Numbered from the whole stretch's first letter, positions 1 to 11,804 are shown. The stretch is DNA of 63,699 nucleotides, filler included, from Octopus bimaculoides (GCF_001194135.2; 8 parts of 6 records of this genome joined end to end with filler, not necessarily neighbours in it), one strand, 5' to 3'. The notes: a model not told the origin generated them from the sequence alone. A program made the numbers and translations.

Positions 1-46
<46 letters not shown>

Positions 47-488
47 TATGTGTGTATGCATATATATGTATGTATATATACGTGTGGGGTGTATGTATAT
101 GTGTGTGCATATATATGTGTTTGTGTGTGCGTGTAGTTGTGCAATATCTTTCAAGAGTAATTTATTACTCTCCTCTTTAGTTTTGGTTTGCCTCATTAAC
201 TATCTGCCATGTAAGCTGCTTGTTTATCGAAATAAATGTCACGATACACTTACTGGTGAGTTCGATGACTGAATGTGTCGATTTGCGAGAGACAACAAAC
301 AACTTGACATTTGATTGTTCGCAATGTAAGAGATCAATTAATTTTGACATAAGCTTGGAATGAAAATAGTGAAATGAAATGCATAGAAAATATTAATATA
401 AAAAAAAAAAAAAAATTGTAGCCAATATTAATTCAAACATTTTCATTAAAGATGCTTTGGAAATCTCGGTGGGTCCATGATGAGCGTA

Positions 489-556
<68 letters not shown>

Positions 557-640
557 TGTCTGTCTGTCTGTCTGTGCGTATGTGCGTGTGTATGTATTTA
601 TGTGCGCACGTGTATGTATGTATATATATGTGTGTAAATA

Positions 641-671
<31 letters not shown>

Positions 672-1404
672 ATATGTGAGTTTGTGTATAGATAACGTTG
701 CTATTGTGCAAAACTGTCTTAAGTCCAAAACGTTGCTTTTTCAGAAAACGAAAAAATAGTTTCACCATTCCATAGCATAACCATTGTACTACACTTTGAC
801 AATTTTGATGTCTTGGCATCTGAAGCAGCTGGAAATACGATAGTTTGGCCAAAAGAACCAGCTATTGCAAACAAAAATAAATATTGAAAAAAAAAAACGT
901 ATTTAGCCAAAGTTGGACATACGACAGTTTAATAATAGCAACGATATCCATCCATCCATCCATCCATCCATCCATCCATCCATCCAACCATACATACATA
1001 CATACATACATATATATATACCGCATTTTAACATGTATAAGGAACCCCCTAATTTTGGTGGCCTAAAATTTGGAAAAAAGGTTTTGTAAGGGATTATAGT
1101 ACTATCCATGTATAAGAAACTCCCATATTTTTTAACCTAATTTTTGACAAAAATATTAGGTCGTCAAGTATGAAATTTGTAGTAAGCTATATGGTAAACT
1201 TTGACAGCTGCTCATTTTGTGCCATTATTATATTTTGACAATATTTTTGTTAGACAGCTGACACATCTATTTCTTTATTCTAACTCATTTTGCGCTTTAT
1301 ANNNNNNNNNNNNNNNNNNNNNNNNNNNNNNNNNNNNNNNNNNNNNNNNNNNNNNNNNNNNNNNNNNNNNNNNNNNNNNNNNNNNNNNNNNNNNNNNNNN
1401 NNNN

Positions 1405-2290
1405 CTATACAGCAGATAGTATCAAATTGGTTTGCAAAATTTCGTTCAGGTAACTTTGACCTCACAAATGAGCAACGCGGTCGACCAGAAACACATGTGG
1501 ATAATGACGAACTGAAAGCCACTGTCAATTCAGATCCATCTCAAAGTGCCCGTGAATTATCGTTGTTGTTTGGTGTTAGCAAGCAAACAATATTGACTCA
1601 CCTAGTTCAAATCGGTAAAGTGAAAAAGTTGGATAAGTGGGTTCCACATGAACTCAATGAAAATCAGAAGCAGCAACGTTTGGAAGCCTACATTATGCTA
1701 CTTTCTCGTCCCAAATTGAATCATTTTTGAATCGAATTGTAACAAGTGGTGGTTGGACAAAGATGAGCCATCAAAACACCATCCAAAAAGCAAAAATCAT
1801 CAAAAGAAGCTCATGATGTGTGTTTGGTGGTCTGGCGTAGGTATGATCCATTATGATTTCATTAAACCTGGCTCATCAATCATGGCCGAAGTATACTGCA
1901 ACCAAGTGGACTAAATGATGTAGAAACTTACAAAGAAAAAGAAAAAACAGCCTGGATTAGTCAACAGATCCACTCTTATTTTATTGCAAGACAACGCTAG
2001 ACCACACATCGCAAAAATGACATTGGCGAAACTACAGGAGTTGGAGTTGGCAGTTCTCCATCATCCACCATACTCACCTGATCTTACCCCCACTGACTAC
2101 CACTTCTTCCAGAATTTGGATAACTTTTTGATAGGAAAAAAATTTAATTCCGACGATGTTGTAAAACAGGCCTTCCAAGACTTTATTGACTCCAGATTGC
2201 CAGGCTTTTACAGTTCTGGGCTCGACAAGCTATTGCTGAAATGGCAAAAGTGTATTGATAACATGGGTGCATACGCTGATGAATAACACC
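1405..2290 (+). mobile_element. Decayed mariner (DD34D) transposase, gap-flanked
   Basis: Translations contain WFAKFRSGNFDL (HTH), KWVPHEL, QDNARPH and HPPYSPDLTPTDYHFF, with stops and frameshifts between them; TIRs hidden by N gaps. Confidence 0.9.
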
Positions 2291-2784
2291 ATTCCTTGTA
2301 TTTATNNNNNNNNNNNNNNNNNNNNNNNNNNNNNNNNNNNNNNNNNNNNNNNNNNNNNNNNNNNNNNNNNNNNNNNNNNNNNNNNNNNNNNNNNNNNNNN
2401 NNNNNNNNNNNNNNNNNNNNNNNNNNNNNNNNNNNNNNNNNNNNNNNNNNNNNNNNNNNNNNNNNNNNNNNNNNNNNNNNNNNNNNNNNNNNNNNNNNNN
2501 NNNNNNNNNNNNNNNNNNNNNNNNNNNNNNNNNNNNNNNNNNNNNNNNNNNNNNNNNNNNNNNNNNNNNNNNNNNNNNNNNNNNNNNNNNNNNNNNNNNN
2601 NNNNNNNNNNNNNNNNNNNNNNNNNNNNNNNNNNNNNNNNNNNNNNNNNNNNNNNNNNNNNNNNNNNNNNNNNNNNNNNNNNNNNNNNNNNNNNNNNNNN
2701 NNNNNNNNNNNNNNNNNNNNNNNNNNNNNNNNNNNNNNNNNNNNNNNNNNNNNNNNNNNNNNNNNNNNNNNNNNNNNNNNNNNN

Positions 2785-2906
2785 CACTCACAAGGCTTTG
2801 GTCGGCCCGAAGCTATTGTAGAAGACACTTGCCCAAGGTGCTAGGTAGTGGGACTGAACCCGGGACCATGTTGGTAAGCAAGCTACATACCACACAGCCA
2901 CTCCTT
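2785..2906 (-). mobile_element. SINE family A 5' half (tRNA-derived head)
   Basis: Reverse complement of the head seen in full copies at 51409 and 60077 (aggagtggctgtgtggt...gggttcagtcccact...ttgggcaagtgtcttctac). Confidence 0.85.
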
Positions 2907-2948
2907 TGTGTTCTGGTATCGTTTCATTTCCTTATTTTACATTAATAA

Positions 2949-2992
<44 letters not shown>

Positions 2993-3021
2993 ATAATAAT
3001 AATAATAATAATAATAATAAG

Positions 3022-3526
3022 TGCTACATTGGAAACTGTGCGAAAAGTGGGGGCTAGAGAGAGGCAAGACGTGGTATGAGCGCAATCCTCAGGGTGTGGC
3101 GGAGTCGGAGACTAGCAAAATCCTCTGGGATTTCCCAATCTAAATGGATCAGGTGCTTGAGCATAACAGACTGGACCTGGTCGTGGTCGACAAGATGCAC
3201 CACGTGTGCTATATAGTTGATATTGCATGCTCCTTTGAGCCACGAATAGTCAAGAAGGAAAGCGAAAAAATAGATAAATACGAAATAGCCCGGCTATTGG
3301 GAACAGTATCAGAAGGCATCAAGAGGAATATAAAGGAAATTAGAATAGAGTGCCCAATAGAACTGTTACAAAACGTTTACCCCCTTGGCACAGTCAGAAT
3401 AATCAGTAAAGTATTAGATAGCTGGAAAAAACGGATAGCATGGTACTATAGGCTGCAGGTAGCAAGCCTGCTACGCATGCAAAACTCCAGGAGTTACAAC
3501 AAAACCTGTGATAAAAAGAAATAATT
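3022..3526 (+). mobile_element. R4/Dong-like non-LTR retrotransposon 3' fragment (restriction-like endonuclease domain)
   Basis: ILWDFPI*MDQVLEHNRLDLVVVDK...YIVDIAC...KESEKIDKY...LGTVRIISKVLD resembles the RLE C-terminus of R4-clade ORFs; preceded by (AAT)n and ends in aataat. Confidence 0.8.
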
Positions 3527-3537
3527 ATTATTATTAT

Positions 3538-3712
3538 GATCTTTTCTACTGAAGGCACAAGGCCTGAAATTCGGTGGGAGGGGACTAGTCAATTACATCG
3601 ACCCCAGTGTTTCACTTGTACTTATTTTATCGACCCCGAAAGAATGAAAGCTAAAGTCGACCTCGGCGGAATTCGAACTCAGAAGGTAAGGACGGACGAA
3701 ATATCGGTAAGC
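3538..3712 (-). mobile_element. SINE family B copy
   Basis: Reverse complement gives gagttcgaattccgccgaggtcgacttt...tttcggggtcgataaaataagtac...ggggtcgatgtaattgac, matching the copy at 8062. Confidence 0.85.
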
Positions 3713-3910
3713 ATAATAATAATAATACGTATACTTTGTATACTATAAGCAATTTATCACAGTTCATCGTCCTTTCCGATTTTTTCTCCTCATCTTTTAC
3801 GTAAACCCCACACAAATTGTTGACTGTTCTTGTGATGTCCCCCACATCGATGCACATGTGGATAATAAAAGAAGTGATGATTGTTGTCGTCGTCATCGTC
3901 GACGTCGTCG

Positions 3911-3957
<47 letters not shown>

Positions 3958-5229
3958 TTTATGCAATGTGTGCAGTATATATACATATACACTCGTGTGC
4001 GTGTATGTATATACGTATGTATGTGTATGTGTGTATATTTATATATACATGCATACATACACACATACATACATACACATACATACACATACATACACAC
4101 ACACATATATACATACACACACATATTATGTTTGTGTGTGTATGTATGTATGTATGTATGTATGTATGTATGTATGTATGTATGTATGTATGTATGTATG
4201 TATGTATGTATAAGCCATGTTAAATAACTNNNNNNNNNNNNNNNNNNNNNNNNNNNNNNNNNNNNNNNNNNNNNNNNNNNNNNNNNNNNNNNNNNNNNNN
4301 NNNNNNNNNNNNNNNNNNNNNNNNNNNNNNNNNNNNNNNNNNNNNNNNNNNNNNNNNNNNNNNNNNNNNNNNNNNNNNNNNNNNNNNNNNNNNNNNNNNN
4401 NNNNNNNNNNNNNNNNNNNNNNNNNNNNNNNNNNNNNNNNNNNNNNNNNNNNNNNNNNNNNNNNNNNNNNNNNNNNNNNNNNNNNNNNNNNNNNNNNNNN
4501 NNNNNNNNNNNNNNNNNNNNNNNNNNNNNNNNNNNNNNNNNNNNNNNNNNNNNNNNNNNNNNNNNNNNNNNNNNNNNNNNNNNNNNNNNNNNNNNNNNNN
4601 NNNNNNNNNNNNNNNNNNNNNNNNNNNNNNNNNNNNNNNNNNNNNNNNNNNNNNNNNNNNNNNNNNNNNNNNNNNNNNNNNNNNNNNNNNNNNNNNNNNN
4701 NNNNNNNNNNNNNNNNNNNNNNNNNNNNNNNNNNNNNNNNNNNNNNNNNNNNNNNNNNNNNNNNNNNNNNNNNNNNNNNNNNNNNNNNNNNNNNNNNNNN
4801 NNNNNNNNNNNNNNNNNNNNNNNNNNNNNNNNNNNNNNNNNNNNNNNNNNNNNNNNNNNNNNNNNNNNNNNNNNNNNNNNNNNNNGTGTGTGTGTGTGTG
4901 TGTGAATATGTCTGTATGTATTCGTGATATATTGTGTTTTTTTTTTATCGTAGACGTCACGTAATGTGCCGTGGGAGTTATTTACAAACTAGAAACAATA
5001 AATTCTTATTCCTATGGTTACTAACGAGGTTGTGTTATGCTGTTGAATGCAATATTTTCTTCCTTAATTTACAGCTGCTCTCTAGAGGAATGAGTTTTTA
5101 TACTGAAAAATGAAATATATTTCAATATATGGAATTTATTTGATAATGCAATGGCTGGTTTACATTAGCTGAAAAGAATGGAAAGTGATTCTGTCTAGAA
5201 AGATAAAAATGATACCTATTGTCCACAAA

Positions 5230-7130
5230 GACAAACAGAATATTACAGTTCTATATCATGTTCATGCTTGGACATAATAGCCCCTATTGAAGAAATAGCT
5301 ATAAAGACATCAAAAGCTCGGGGAGATGAACTAAGGTGGAAAGTGAGACAGGTACTAGAAAAAGCGAAACTTCCCAAACCAAACATCACTAAGGAAGAAA
5401 AGTTCGTTATCAAAAGACTACAGAGTGACAATTCCATCATAATAATTCCAGTGGTCAAGGGAAATGCTACAGTAGCGATGAACAAGTCTGACTACTCGGA
5501 AAAACTGGCAAGTCTTATAAGTGATGGTAGCAAAGTAAAGAAAGACCCAACTCTGAACACAGAGAGGAAGTTGTTACAGATCTTGATCAAGAACAAGGAT
5601 CACTTTACACCAGTGAAGTACAGACAACTGACTCAACACTATAGTAAACTACCACACATGTACGGTCCCCCTAAGCTGTAGAGGTTCAGCATGACATCCA
5701 CTGAGCCGCTTCCTCGTGGATATAATCAGTCCATTAGCAGGAAAGTCAACNNNNNNNNNNCTTCCTCGTGGATATAATCAGTCCATTAGCAGGAAAGTCA
5801 ACATCGTACGTGAAGAATTCCACCCACTTCACAGAATTGATCAAGGATATCCCCATTGAATCCAACCTGATGGTGAGTCTAGATGTGATAAGTCTGTTCA
5901 CGAAAGTCCCAACTGGTGAAGCACTATCGGTGATTCAAGAAAAACTAGTGACAGACACCCATCTAAAAAACTCACTAGTATACTAATAAGAAACTTGATG
6001 GAAATGTTGACCTTCTGTGTAGAAACTGCCTACTTCAGTATGGACGCTGATATATATCGACATGAAGAAGGTTTAGCTATGGGTTGGCCATTATCACCGA
6101 TAATAGCCAATATATGCATGGAATACTTTGAGAATTTGGTTTAGGGATAAACACCACTAAAATCAACCCTATAACTGCGCTATGTTGATGACAACTTTAT
6201 ACTCTGCCCCCCCCCCCGGAAGATTTCCAAGTGCTGTTAGATCATGTGAACTCACTAAAGCCATCCATAGAGTTCACATTCCTGAACGTATTAATAACAC
6301 ACACCAAGTATGGATTCAGGACATCCGTATACAGCAAGCCGACCTTCACTGGACGATACCTCAACTTCAATTCCAACCATGCATACAGTGTAAAGAGAGG
6401 GATTGCTCAGTGCCTAAAACATCGAGTAAAGAATATAAGTAGCGATCGTGATACCCACCACGAAGAAATGATCAAGCTCAGTAACAATCTATTAAGCAGC
6501 AACTACCCAAAAACAAACTATCCACTCCAATTATGAAGAAAAGAGAAGATGAAACTAATAAACTGTCCAGTCTGTCTACCCTATGTGAAAGGCCTCTCCG
6601 AAAAGATACAAAAGATATGCGGCCCATATGACATAAGGACAGTATTCAAAAGTAATACAACACATCGCAAATATCTCCTTTGAGTAAAACCACCAATAGA
6701 AGAGAATATGTCTAAGGACTGCATGTACTCCATCCCATGCAGGTGTGGTAGGTTATACAAAGGCGAAACATGTCGCCCCCTCAAAATATGGGTAGAGGAA
6801 CATTGCAAAGCTATGACACAAGGAGATATTGATAAATCGGGTATAGGATCATATATGGAAAAATGGAGACCACCTCCCCCTGTGTGATGAAGTTAAAATA
6901 ATAGACAGAGAACACCACTGGTAAATATGAAAACTAAAAGAAGCAGCACATATGCTATGACACAACAACCTCCTAAGCAGACCGAGTGCAGATATGAGTA
7001 TCATATGGGAACCGGTATTAAGGAAGGATAGGAGAATATTAGATTTATAAGCCCTAAAATTCACTCCATGATTGCTCACGGGCATATGGCATAGTGGTTA
7101 AGAGCGCGGGCTACTAACCCCAAGATTCCA
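5230..7130 (+). mobile_element. Decayed Penelope-like retroelement (RT plus GIY-YIG endonuclease), 5' truncated
   Basis: Fragments ...KDPT...HMYGPPK, SLDVISLFTKVP, GLAMG.PLSP..AN, YVDD, TSVYSKPTFTGRYLNFNSNH, LPYVKGLSEKI and MYSIPCRCGRLYKGET are characteristic PLE RT and GIY-YIG motifs; many stops and frameshifts. Confidence 0.9.
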
Positions 7131-7345
7131 ATAAGTTAGCGTTTGTGACTGGCTTTCCTGACCACATGTCGGTCGAGTTGCAGAAGCTGCCGAACGTAAA
7201 CTCGATGGCAATGGCGGATATCGTAACTCGGGCTCGCGTGCTAGTTTCATGTTGCATTGTGGAAATTAGCTGCCCAGCGGATGTTAACATAATGTACCGG
7301 TTCTTTCTCTTGGCGAGAAATCTTGAAATAAACTGAATAATGACA
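7131..7345 (+). mobile_element. 3' half of an LTR-like GC-rich element, split by inversion
   Basis: Ends ...gaaataaactgaataatgaca (AATAAA, then ACA); joins the reverse complement of 9520-9890 on re-inversion. Confidence 0.4.
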
Positions 7346-7576
7346 TACACACATGCATACATACATACCAGTGGCGTTTCCTACATGAACTCAAAGAATA
7401 CAATGTATACCTAAGGTATGTATGTATAACAAATCAGGTTTTGATATAATCTTTCATTTTTATTAGAGACAGCTGAGATGAGGCTACATACATGCTATCT
7501 ATACCCTACTGAAATAATGTCTTGCAACTTTTGAAACTGCATACTCTAGCTTAAGGTACCAGGTTGTATGTGTGTT

Positions 7577-7635
<59 letters not shown>

Positions 7636-7892
7636 AAAGGCTTGGAAAATGGGATTTTAAATTTATGATTTTGTGAGTTGAAGTTTATTTTAAAATCGAT
7701 CTCTCGCTTGCTTATTAAGCATCATAGATTTGATATATCAAACATTTTTGGGGATATAGACTTTGTTTATATTTAATATAATCAAATACTTTTTATAGAA
7801 TTGAAATTTTATACATTGAAATTATATTAATTTTATATTGTAAAATGTTCTTTTATTGAGTTCTGTGTTTTATTCTATTCATATTTCACACG

Positions 7893-7971
<79 letters not shown>

Positions 7972-7989
7972 AAGAGAAAGAGTGAGAAT

Positions 7990-8980
7990 TTACAAAAACG
8001 CACGCATATTTTATTGATATCATATTCATTTGTTCCCTGATAAAAGTACTATTTTTTTCATAAGGCGGCGAGTTGGCAGAAACGTTAGCACGCCGGGCGA
8101 AATGCTTAACCATATTTCGTCTGCCGTTACGTTCTGAGTTCAATTTCCGCCGAGGTCGACTTTGCCTTTCACCCTTTCGGGGTCGATAAATTAAGTACCC
8201 GTTACGCACTGGGGGCGATGTAATCGATTTAATCCCTTTGTTTGTCCCCTCTATGTTTAGCCCCTTGTGGGCAATAAAGTAATAAAAGTACTATTTTTTT
8301 TATCGCGACCAGTGCTATGTTCAGTTCTACTGTTCAACATCATAACGTTACTGGAAGTATATATTTTCTCTTTGCTTCTGTTTTGTATTTACAACAAAAA
8401 TCCTTGTCCTAAAATCCTGGAAGACGATGAGCGATCTGGAAGACCTGCCACGAGCATCACTCCAAGAAATGTGGAGAAAATTCATTAGCTTGTACTTGAG
8501 GGTCATCGGTGGACAATCAACGACGTTTTGAAGCGTTTGAAGGAGGACAGTCAGCGAAGGAGACCGGATCTGCAGAGCGCGAAGAATTGGATTCTTCACG
8601 ACGACAATGTACCCTGTCACCGAGTTCACCTCACTCGTGTGTTTCTCGCCACAAACAACATTGGATCGCTTCCACACCCACCCTATTCGCCAGATTAAAC
8701 ACCAGCGGACTTCCATCTCTTCTCCAAGTTGAAGATGCAGCTCAAAGGTCGCTCTTTTAACACCGTTATCGAGATCAAGAGTGAATCGCAGAAGGTTCTC
8801 GACTCGCTTACGGAAAACGACTTTCAGACGGGATTCCTAAAGTGACAGGAACGCTGGGAACGGTATATTGCTGCGCAAGTTTACTATTTCGAAGGCGATG
8901 ATGATGAAAATATAGGCAAATAAGTTATTTTTTTATTATTAAACAAAACTAATCTGGGAACTTTTTGATACCATCTCGTA
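7990..8980 (+). mobile_element. Internally deleted mariner with nested SINE
   Basis: LEDDERSGRP (HTH end) joined directly to VLKRL...WILHDDN...HPPYSPD*TPADFHLF; 3' TIR gggaactttttgataccatctcg followed by TA at 8979-8980. Confidence 0.85.
8062..8281 (+). mobile_element. SINE family B, near full length, with target-site duplication
   Basis: Head aaggcggcgagttggcagaaacgttagc, B-box-like gagttcaatttcc, central tttcggggtcgataaattaagtacc; flanked by ataaaagtactattttttt at 8040-8058 and 8282-8300. Confidence 0.9.
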
Positions 8981-9029
8981 CACAGACTGCAAATACAGTA
9001 GTAGCTTTGAGATTAATATTCTGGCTCTC

Positions 9030-9345
9030 TTAAGTTCAAATTCCGTCGAGGTCGACTTTGCTTTTCATTCTTTCGAGGTCGATGAAATAAGTAGAAATTG
9101 AACACTGGAGTAGATGTAATCGACTTAACCCCCTCCCCACAAATTGCTAGCCTTGTGTCAAAATTTGAAACCAATATTCTGTCACTCTTCTGGTTCTTTA
9201 TGTTCTTAGTTCTAATTCCACCGAGGTCGACTTTATCTTTGGAGATCGATAAAATAAGTACCAGTCAAGTACTGGGGTCTATGTAATCGAGTTGCTCCTT
9301 CTCTAAAAATTATTGTCCTTGTGCCAAAATTTGAAACAATATTCT
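9030..9345 (+). mobile_element. Two tandem 5'-truncated SINE family B copies
   Basis: Each has gttc.aattcc..cgaggtcgacttt...gat.aaataagta...gatgtaatcga...ccttgtg.caaaatttgaaac. Confidence 0.8.
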
Positions 9346-9349
9346 GTTT

Positions 9350-9519
9350 ATTATTTACATCTAAGGGATATTTGTCTTCATCTTGTTCGTTTCGGCTGAT
9401 ATACCCTCCAGCCTTCATCAGGTGTCTTGGGGAAATTTCGAACCTAGGTTCTCATTCCTAGGGTATTTTTTGATGTTATCATTATTATTGTTATTCAGGC
9501 TACTGCCTGGAATCGAACT
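9350..9519 (-). mobile_element. Inverted 3' terminal segment of the Penelope-like element (B-box, AAT-rich linker, hammerhead core)
   Basis: Reverse complement: agttcgattccaggcag...aataataat...gacacCTGATGAaggctggagggtatatcagccGAAAcg; continues the tRNA-like sequence that stops at 7130. Confidence 0.75.
9388..9426 (-). ncRNA. Hammerhead ribozyme core, defective copy
   Basis: CUGAUGA, an extra A, 5-bp stem II (GGCUG/CAGCC), then GAAACG; no cleavage triplet or stem I 3' strand follows in this copy. Confidence 0.65.
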
Positions 9520-9890
9520 GGTTAGCTGATTATGAAACCGATTAAGGTAGTTCGGGAGCGAGGAGTGAGTGGGAAAGCCGGTTGAGTGATCTGTAGATCA
9601 GGGGGGCTTCTGGTGTTACATGTGGTGTTATGGGTTGTGATGAGCTATGTGGTGTTGGTGGAGATGGATTGAAGAGGAAGCAAACGGATGTGAAGACCGC
9701 AGGGGCCGGCGGAAGTGGCCACAGGCGGATGCGTGGACAGTGAGCACGTGTGGTCAGTTCGAGCAGAGACGGCGTGCGTAGAAGTCGTGGTTTGATCTGG
9801 AGCGATCGTTTATCCTGCCACGGTCGACAAGGTAAGGTCGCTGTATTTCTTTCTCCCTTTTGCTTCTTGTTGTCTTTTTCCTCCATCACA
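9520..9890 (-). mobile_element. 5' half of an LTR-like GC-rich element, split by inversion
   Basis: Reverse complement begins TGTGATGG; CpG-rich relative to flanks; contiguous with 7131-7345 after re-inversion. No TSD found. Confidence 0.4.
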
Positions 9891-10184
9891 CCACACAAAC
9901 ATAAAAACCTGTATACATACACACATATATATACGTGCGCACACACACACACACACATAATGTATGTATCNNNNNNNNNNNNNNNNNNNNNNNNNNNNNN
10001 NNNNNNNNNNNNNNNNNNNNNNNNNNNNNNNNNNNNNNNNNNNNNNNNNNNNNNNNNNNNNNNNNNNNNNNNNNNNNNNNNNNNNNNNNNNNNNNNNNNN
10101 NNNNNNNNNNNNNNNNNNNNNNNNNNNNNNNNNNNNNNNNNNNNAGATAGATAGATAGATAGATATTTAGATAGATAGATATAC

Positions 10185-10350
10185 AACGGGCTTCCACATC
10201 ATTACCGTTACGGAATTCACGCGCAAAGCGTTGGTCGGCTTTGTGTTATAGTATCATAAAAAAAAAAAACGTTCGCCCAAGGTGCCACGCAGTAGGACTG
10301 AACCCAAAACCATATGGTTGCAAAGCGAACTTCTTAATCACAGCCATTCC
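10185..10350 (-). mobile_element. SINE family A 5' half, diverged
   Basis: gcccaaggtgccacgcagtaggactgaaccc...accatatggttgc is the reverse complement of the family A head. Confidence 0.75.
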
Positions 10351-10844
10351 TAAAAAAAAAAGAAAGAAAAGAAAAACCACATTACTTATCTGCTAAATAT
10401 AACGCAGATGAATATTTGGATTTACATTCTTTAAGTCGACAATATATTCGTTGAGTTAATGAGCAGTTCATATAATCGACTTTAATTTCTAATTTCCAAT
10501 ATGAAAAGGAATAAAAACAAAAATAGACAAAATGAAACATCCTCCTAAGTATATATCTATGATCTTCAGAAATGAATAATTTTATATAATTACATGTTTC
10601 AGTTTCTTCCTATTCTTTTTATAAAATGACACCATAATAAGAGATGTCTTGTGATCTTAGTGTTTACAGTTGTAATATCTTTGTAGTTAGCATTAATTAT
10701 TATTTGTACCACAGCATTGTTAATATATTACAGCTTACGTCCTCAAAGTAGCAGCAATAACTGGTATTTAATTTAATGACTTTTCTGTCACCTAATTAAA
10801 ACGTTTGAATGGCCTGTTTTCGCTTTTATGAAAAGGGGAATTAA

Positions 10845-10890
<46 letters not shown>

Positions 10891-11021
10891 GAAGGTGCGA
10901 GTCTATATATACGAATATTTTTCACACAGAACAGTAGCAAAAGAACAGATACATACACATGCACGTGCATACACACATGCGCACATATCTCTATACCCTT
11001 AAATGTAATGTGTGCGTTTGC

Positions 11022-11084
<63 letters not shown>

Positions 11085-11249
11085 TGTGTGTGAGGCAGTG
11101 CGTGTGTATGCGCGTGTATGTGTGTGTGTGTGTGTGTATGTGTGTGTGTGAATTCTCATACATTACACGCAACATAAATAATATGGTTTCATAACAAAAG
11201 CTCAGAGATTTCGCCTTGTGAAACTTGCACATTAATAATAATAATAATG

Positions 11250-11289
<40 letters not shown>

Positions 11290-11804
11290 CTAATTAGTAT
11301 ATCGGTTTCATCTTAAGACCGCCAACGACAGCTTGGCAAACATTATAGTTTCTCTTGTTCAACATCGCAAATTAAGGTGTAATATGGAAATAATTAATAG
11401 TAGTAAATCTTGCTTCGAATCACAAAACTGATCTTACTAATAACCTTTTAGAAATTCAATAGCATGCTGCCTCCCGCTTAAAACATAAAATCCCAATTAC
11501 TTAATGCATCACAAGAGCATTTCGTAATTTATCTCTTCTTCGTTTTCTATTACAATTCCATGCACATCCAGGATGCTGTAAAAGAAATATTAAACCAGCA
11601 CCAGTATAATGTTTTCTTCAGTAGAATGGTAAAATGGTAGAATCGTGGTGTTGTATAAAACGTTCATTGGAGTATTGTGAGTGAATTGTAATTAAAATTT
11701 AAATTAATACATTATTACTAAATATTCTTTGATGTTGCTGCTGCTGTTGTTGTTAATAAAATGGGGGAAAATATTGGCGAAAATATCAGTAAAGCAAGCC
11801 CTGT

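Noticed and set aside
5709-5802. Exact 42-bp direct repeat on either side of a 10-N gap inside the PLE
   Set aside because: Typical unmerged contig overlap; not a TSD or real duplication.
7114-7362. Minus-strand ORF faintly resembling a Gypsy pol linker (QLIS...ISAIAIE...KPVTNA)
   Set aside because: No catalytic motif; the segment is better explained as half of the LTR-like element and the ORF crosses an inversion breakpoint.
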